Assembly (NCBI GenBank): GCA_963783385.1 | Contig: CAWANJ010000001.1 | Location: 576,001-640,000 of the forward strand | DNA length: 64,000 bases | Direction of reading: 5' to 3' | From: an uncultured Gemmatimonadales bacterium | GTDB lineage: Bacteria > Gemmatimonadota > Gemmatimonadetes > Palauibacterales > Palauibacteraceae | Shown: in pieces, positions 60,135 through 64,000 of the stretch | Numbering within the stretch: position 1 is the first letter of the stretch | Layout of the letters: each line of letters starts with the position of its first letter | Translations under genes and position numbers: made by a program | The notes under the pieces: generated by a model | Database searches by the model: none | What the model saw: only the letters and a program-made list of their open reading frames with translations | Told to the model about the DNA's origin: nothing

Positions 60135-63113
60135 TCAGGTCCGCGCGTCGACCCTTCCGGGCGACTCCCCCTCCAGGGCCATGCACACGACCTCGGCCAG
60201 GTGAAGCGCGCGGCGCCCCGTCCCGTGCTCGATCTGGGTGCGGCAGGAGAAGCCGTCCGTGACCACCAGGGTGTCCGCGTCCGCCGCCCGCACGGCAGGC
60301 AGCAGCACGCGCTCCCCGGCGGCCATGGAGACGTCGTACTTGTCCGCCTCGAACCCGAAGGAGCCCGCCAGGCCGCAGCACCCGCTGTCGAGGACCTCGT
60401 AGTCCAGGCCCAACCGCGACAGGACCTCGACCTCGGCCTCGAGCCCCAGCACGGCCCGATGGTGGCAGTGCAGGTGCACGAGCGCCTTCCGCTCCAACCG
60501 GGGTGGAGACCAGGCCTCCAGCCCCCGGACGAGGAACTCGCTCAGCAGGTGGGTCTGGCTCGACAGGCGCCGGGCGTCGGGGTCGTCCGGGAACAGGGCG
60601 GTGAGCTCGTCCCGGAACACGGCCACGCAGGAGGGCTCCACGCCGACGAGCGGCACGCCCTCCCGGATCTTCGGCCGGAGGGCGTCGAGGATCTGCCGGA
60701 GCTGGCGCCGCGCCAGGTCCAGCATCCCGTAGTCGTACAGGGGCCGCCCGCAGCACAGGGGGCGGTCGGGGAGGGTCACCCGGCAGCCGGCCTCCTCCAG
60801 CACCCGCACCGCGGCGCGCGCCGCCCCCGGATGGAGATGGTCGCTGAACGTGTCGGGCCACACCAGCACCTCGGGGCCGGTCGCCGTGCCGCCGGCGGGG
60901 CCTCCCCGGTCCCGGGGCGTCGCCGGGGTCCCACCTCCGGCCCGGTCCCCGCCGTCCCCGGCCCCGTCCCCCCGCCGCTCGAACCAGCTCCTGAACGTCT
61001 CCTCGGCGAAGCGAGGGAGCTCGCGGTGCTCCGTGAGCCCCCCGAGGCGACGCAGGAGCGTCCCCAGCACGGGGGCCGAAGTGACCGCGTTCGCCAGGCG
61101 GGGCGCCCCCGAGGCCAGGCGCGCCCACCAGGGGAACAGCCCCATGGCATAGCCCGCCCGCGGCCGCAGGCGGCCCCGGTAGTGGTGGTAGCGGAACTCC
61201 GCCTTGTAGGTGGCCATGTCCACGGAGGCGGGGCAGTCGTGCTTGCACCCCTTGCAGGCCAGGCACAGGTCCAGCGCCTCGGCCACGTGCTCGTCCCTCC
61301 ACCCGCCCAGCTCGTCGCCGTTCAGCATCTCGAACAGGAGCCGGGCGCGCCCGCGCGTCGAGTGCATCTCCTCCCGGGTGGCCATGTAGGAGGGGCACAT
61401 GGTGCCCCCCTCGTGGCGGCGGCACTTGCCCACCCCCACGCAGCGCAGCGTGGCGCGCGAGAAGCGGCCGTCGTCGTCCGGGAAGCGGAAGACGGTGTCG
61501 ACGGGCCTCGGCCGGTAGCCGGCCCCCAGCCGCAGGTGGTCGGTGACCGACCGGGCCTCGATGATGCGCCCCGGGTTCATGCGGTGCTCCGGGTCCCACG
61601 CCTCCTTGAAGGCCCGAAACGCGTCCAGCAGCTCCTCGGAGTACATGTGGCCCAGGAGCGGTCCGCGGGCGACACCGTCGCCGTGCTCCCCGGACAGCGA
61701 GCCGCCGTAGGTCCCGCAGCACAGGTCGGCCGCCTCCTCGACGAAGGCCCGGTAGGCCTCGATCCCCTCGACCGACTCCAGGTCGAAGGGGATGCGCGTG
61801 TGGACGCACCCGTCCCCGAAGTGGCCGTAGATGGTGGCGTCCAGGCCGTGCGATCGGAGCAGCGTCCGGAAGTCGCGCAGGTAGGCGCCCAGGCGGTCGG
61901 GGTGGACGGCCGAGTCCTCCCAGCCCGGCCGCGTGTCCCCCATGTCGGTGATGCGGCTGGTGGCGCCGAGGGCCGACTCGCGGATCTCCCACACCCGAGC
62001 CGCGTCCGCCTCGTCCTCCAGGAGCCGCGCCTCGGGAGCGCTTCCCCCGGCGGAGCGGCGGAGCGCGCCCAGGGCGTCCCGCGCGCGTCCCGTGGCTTCG
62101 GCGGCCGAGTCCCCGGCGAACTCGACCAGCAGCCAGCCGCGGCCGGGCGGGAGGACGCCTTCCTCGCCGGGCGCCATCCCCTTCGTCTCCAGGTAGCCGA
62201 CGATGGCGTCGTCGATCCCCTCGAGCCCGATCGGCCCGTGCTCGAGGAGCAGGGGCACGTGATCGGCGGCCGCCCACACGTCCGGGTAGCCCAGGACGAG
62301 GAGGGTCCGCGCCCGGGGCCACTGGATGAGCTTCACGGTCGCCTCGAGCACGAGGGCGAGGGTGCCCTCCGAGCCGACCAGGGCGCGGGCCACGTCAAAG
62401 CCGTGCTCGGGCAGGAGCTCGTCCAGGTTGTAGCCGGACACGCGGCGCGGGATATCGGGATACTCGGTCCGGATCCGGTCGGCGTTGGCCTCCGTGATCG
62501 CCCGCATGCGGGCGTAGAGCTCGGCCCGCCTCCCGCCCTGCCCCACGATCCGCTCCAGCTCGTCGGGTGCGGTCGGTCCCACCTCCATGACGAGTCCGTC
62601 GTAGGTGAGCACCTCCAGGGAGATGACGTTGTCGACGGTCTTGCCGGCCAGGACGGAGTGCACGCCGCAGGAGTTGTTGCCGATCATCCCGCCCAGGGTG
62701 CAGGAGGCGTGGGTGGACGGGTCGGGGCCGAAGTTGAGGCCGTGCTCGCGCGCCGCGCGGCGCAGGTCGTCGAGCACGAGGCCGGGCTGCACGCGCGCGG
62801 TCCGGGCCTCCGGGTCCAGCGACAAGAGCCGGTCGTAGTACTTCGACGTGTCGAGGACGACCGCCACGTTGCAGCACTGGCCTGCCAGGCTGGTGCCCCC
62901 GCCCCGGGCCAGGACCGGTGCGCCGTGGCGCCGGCAGGTCTCGACCGTGGCCAGGATGTCGTCCTTCGTGCGGGGGAGGACGACCCCGATGGGGAGCTGC
63001 CGATAGTTGGACGCGTCGGTGGCGTACAGGGCCCGGCTGCCCGCGTCGAACCGGACCTCCCCCTCGACCCGGCGTTCGAGCTCCCGGCCGAGGGCCGCGT
63101 AGGCCTCGCTCAA
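60135..63113 (-). CDS. FAD-linked oxidase / Fe-S / CCG multidomain oxidoreductase (YdiJ-like)
   Basis: RGGGTSLAGQ, GGMIGNNSCG, SGEHGDG, CLACKGCKHDCP, CCG motifs; TTG start. Confidence 0.9.
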   Translation of the reverse strand: MSEAYAALGRELERRVEGEVRFDAGSRALYATDASNYRQLPIGVVLPRTKDDILATVETCRRHGAPVLARGGGTSLAGQCCNVAVVLDTSKYYDRLLSLDPEARTARVQPGLVLDDLRRAAREHGLNFGPDPSTHASCTLGGMIGNNSCGVHSVLAGKTVDNVISLEVLTYDGLVMEVGPTAPDELERIVGQGGRRAELYARMRAITEANADRIRTEYPDIPRRVSGYNLDELLPEHGFDVARALVGSEGTLALVLEATVKLIQWPRARTLLVLGYPDVWAAADHVPLLLEHGPIGLEGIDDAIVGYLETKGMAPGEEGVLPPGRGWLLVEFAGDSAAEATGRARDALGALRRSAGGSAPEARLLEDEADAARVWEIRESALGATSRITDMGDTRPGWEDSAVHPDRLGAYLRDFRTLLRSHGLDATIYGHFGDGCVHTRIPFDLESVEGIEAYRAFVEEAADLCCGTYGGSLSGEHGDGVARGPLLGHMYSEELLDAFRAFKEAWDPEHRMNPGRIIEARSVTDHLRLGAGYRPRPVDTVFRFPDDDGRFSRATLRCVGVGKCRRHEGGTMCPSYMATREEMHSTRGRARLLFEMLNGDELGGWRDEHVAEALDLCLACKGCKHDCPASVDMATYKAEFRYHHYRGRLRPRAGYAMGLFPWWARLASGAPRLANAVTSAPVLGTLLRRLGGLTEHRELPRFAEETFRSWFERRGDGAGDGGDRAGGGTPATPRDRGGPAGGTATGPEVLVWPDTFSDHLHPGAARAAVRVLEEAGCRVTLPDRPLCCGRPLYDYGMLDLARRQLRQILDALRPKIREGVPLVGVEPSCVAVFRDELTALFPDDPDARRLSSQTHLLSEFLVRGLEAWSPPRLERKALVHLHCHHRAVLGLEAEVEVLSRLGLDYEVLDSGCCGLAGSFGFEADKYDVSMAAGERVLLPAVRAADADTLVVTDGFSCRTQIEHGTGRRALHLAEVVCMALEGESPGRVDART

Positions 63114-63138
63114 ACGGCCACTCCGGCCCGGCGGCGCC

Positions 63139-63999
63139 TCAACCCGAACCGCCGTCCCGCCCGGGGCCGGCGTCCGCCGACTGCAGTGACGTCATGTCCT
63201 CGCGGCCCTGTTCGCCGACCCGCTCCAGGAGAACGTGGGGGGCCTCGGCCTCGAAGTAGGCGGTCGTGTTGGAGAGGCCGCTGGCGATGTTGACCCGGTA
63301 GGCCCGGTAGGACTTCCCGCCCACGCGCACGGTAATCACGTCCCGCACGTCGTAGCGCTCGTGCGTGACCTGCCCCGTGCGCGGGTCGAAGGCCGCGAAC
63401 TCCACGCTCCTCCCGGCCAGGGAGTCCTCGACCATCGTGGCGAACGCCAGGTCCAGGGTGCCGCGCAGGAGAACGCCGTCGGGCAGGTCCCGGTCCAGGT
63501 CGCGGCCGGCGCCCGCCGTGTCGTGGATCACGCCGCGGACGTGGTCGCCGTCGAACTGGAGGTCGTAGTCCGCCCTCGCCCAGCCCTGGGCCCGCTTCGT
63601 GGCGATCTCACCGCGGGCGGAGATCGGGTGCAGGTCGCCGGCGGCCACGATCGTGCGCTCTCGCTCGCGGCTCACGACCTGGGGCGTCTCGAACGGCCCG
63701 GACGGTTCGGTCGTCTCGCTCTCGACATAGCGCTCGATGCGCGGCTTCCCGCCTCCGACTGTCTCGATGCGGCGGTAGGCGATGCGGGTCTGCCGGCGCC
63801 GCTCACCGCCGGCCGAGCCCTGGAGGTCCAGCGTGTACCCCCGGAAGCTCTCCAGGTCGAAGCTCAGGCCCTGGTTCACCGAGCCCTCCCCCCGTACGGG
63901 GCGCGAGACGTCGCGGCCCGTGGTCGACGGGCTCGGGGCGAGTACGGCGACCGGCTGGTTGCCGAGGTGGTCGAGCAGGCCGCGCACGTAGTTGATCGG
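63139..63999 (-). CDS. Partial hypothetical protein (5' end outside the window), beta-rich C-terminal domain
   Basis: Reading frame open to the window edge; typical codon bias; C-terminus loosely DUF3108-like. Confidence 0.6.
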   Translation of the reverse strand, partial: PINYVRGLLDHLGNQPVAVLAPSPSTTGRDVSRPVRGEGSVNQGLSFDLESFRGYTLDLQGSAGGERRRQTRIAYRRIETVGGGKPRIERYVESETTEPSGPFETPQVVSRERERTIVAAGDLHPISARGEIATKRAQGWARADYDLQFDGDHVRGVIHDTAGAGRDLDRDLPDGVLLRGTLDLAFATMVEDSLAGRSVEFAAFDPRTGQVTHERYDVRDVITVRVGGKSYRAYRVNIASGLSNTTAYFEAEAPHVLLERVGEQGREDMTSLQSADAGPGRDGGSG

Positions 64000-64000
64000 C

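Overview
High-GC bacterial chromosomal window; gene content and order suggest Gemmatimonadota (inference). From 1 to 17 kb lie housekeeping genes: a probable tRNA 3' end, tig-clpP-clpX-engB, a sigma-54 activator, mogA-like, gcvT, argF, TauE/SafE, hslU-hslV-xerC-topA, aroK and aroC. aroC is split by a 1-nt frameshift in a G7 run. From 17 to 41 kb is a type IVa pilus locus: pilMNOPQ, minor pilins (two FimU/FimT-like, PilV, PilW, a long PilX), the major pilin and pilR/pilS. Between the major and minor pilins is an ~11 kb cassette of five polytopic GT-C-like glycosyltransferases (YfhO plus four ArnT/PMT-like), a GtrB/ArnC-type GT2 and a SAM methyltransferase. This cassette is the best candidate for an uncharacterised system, putatively for lipid-carrier-dependent pilin or surface glycosylation. 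From 41 to 64 kb are accessory, mostly exported functions: phosphoesterase, Spy, cold-shock protein, amidohydrolase, DUF2339, 7-repeat HAF propeller, GGT, cupredoxin, DUF411, OprB porin, prfC, a stand-alone LigD polymerase and an FAD/Fe-S oxidoreductase. Several sigma-54 promoter-like elements are readable, including a symmetric divergent pair sharing a central double palindrome. No CRISPR array, rRNA, IS or prophage was seen. All assignments come from motif recognition by eye, with no database search; many start codons were refined by hand.
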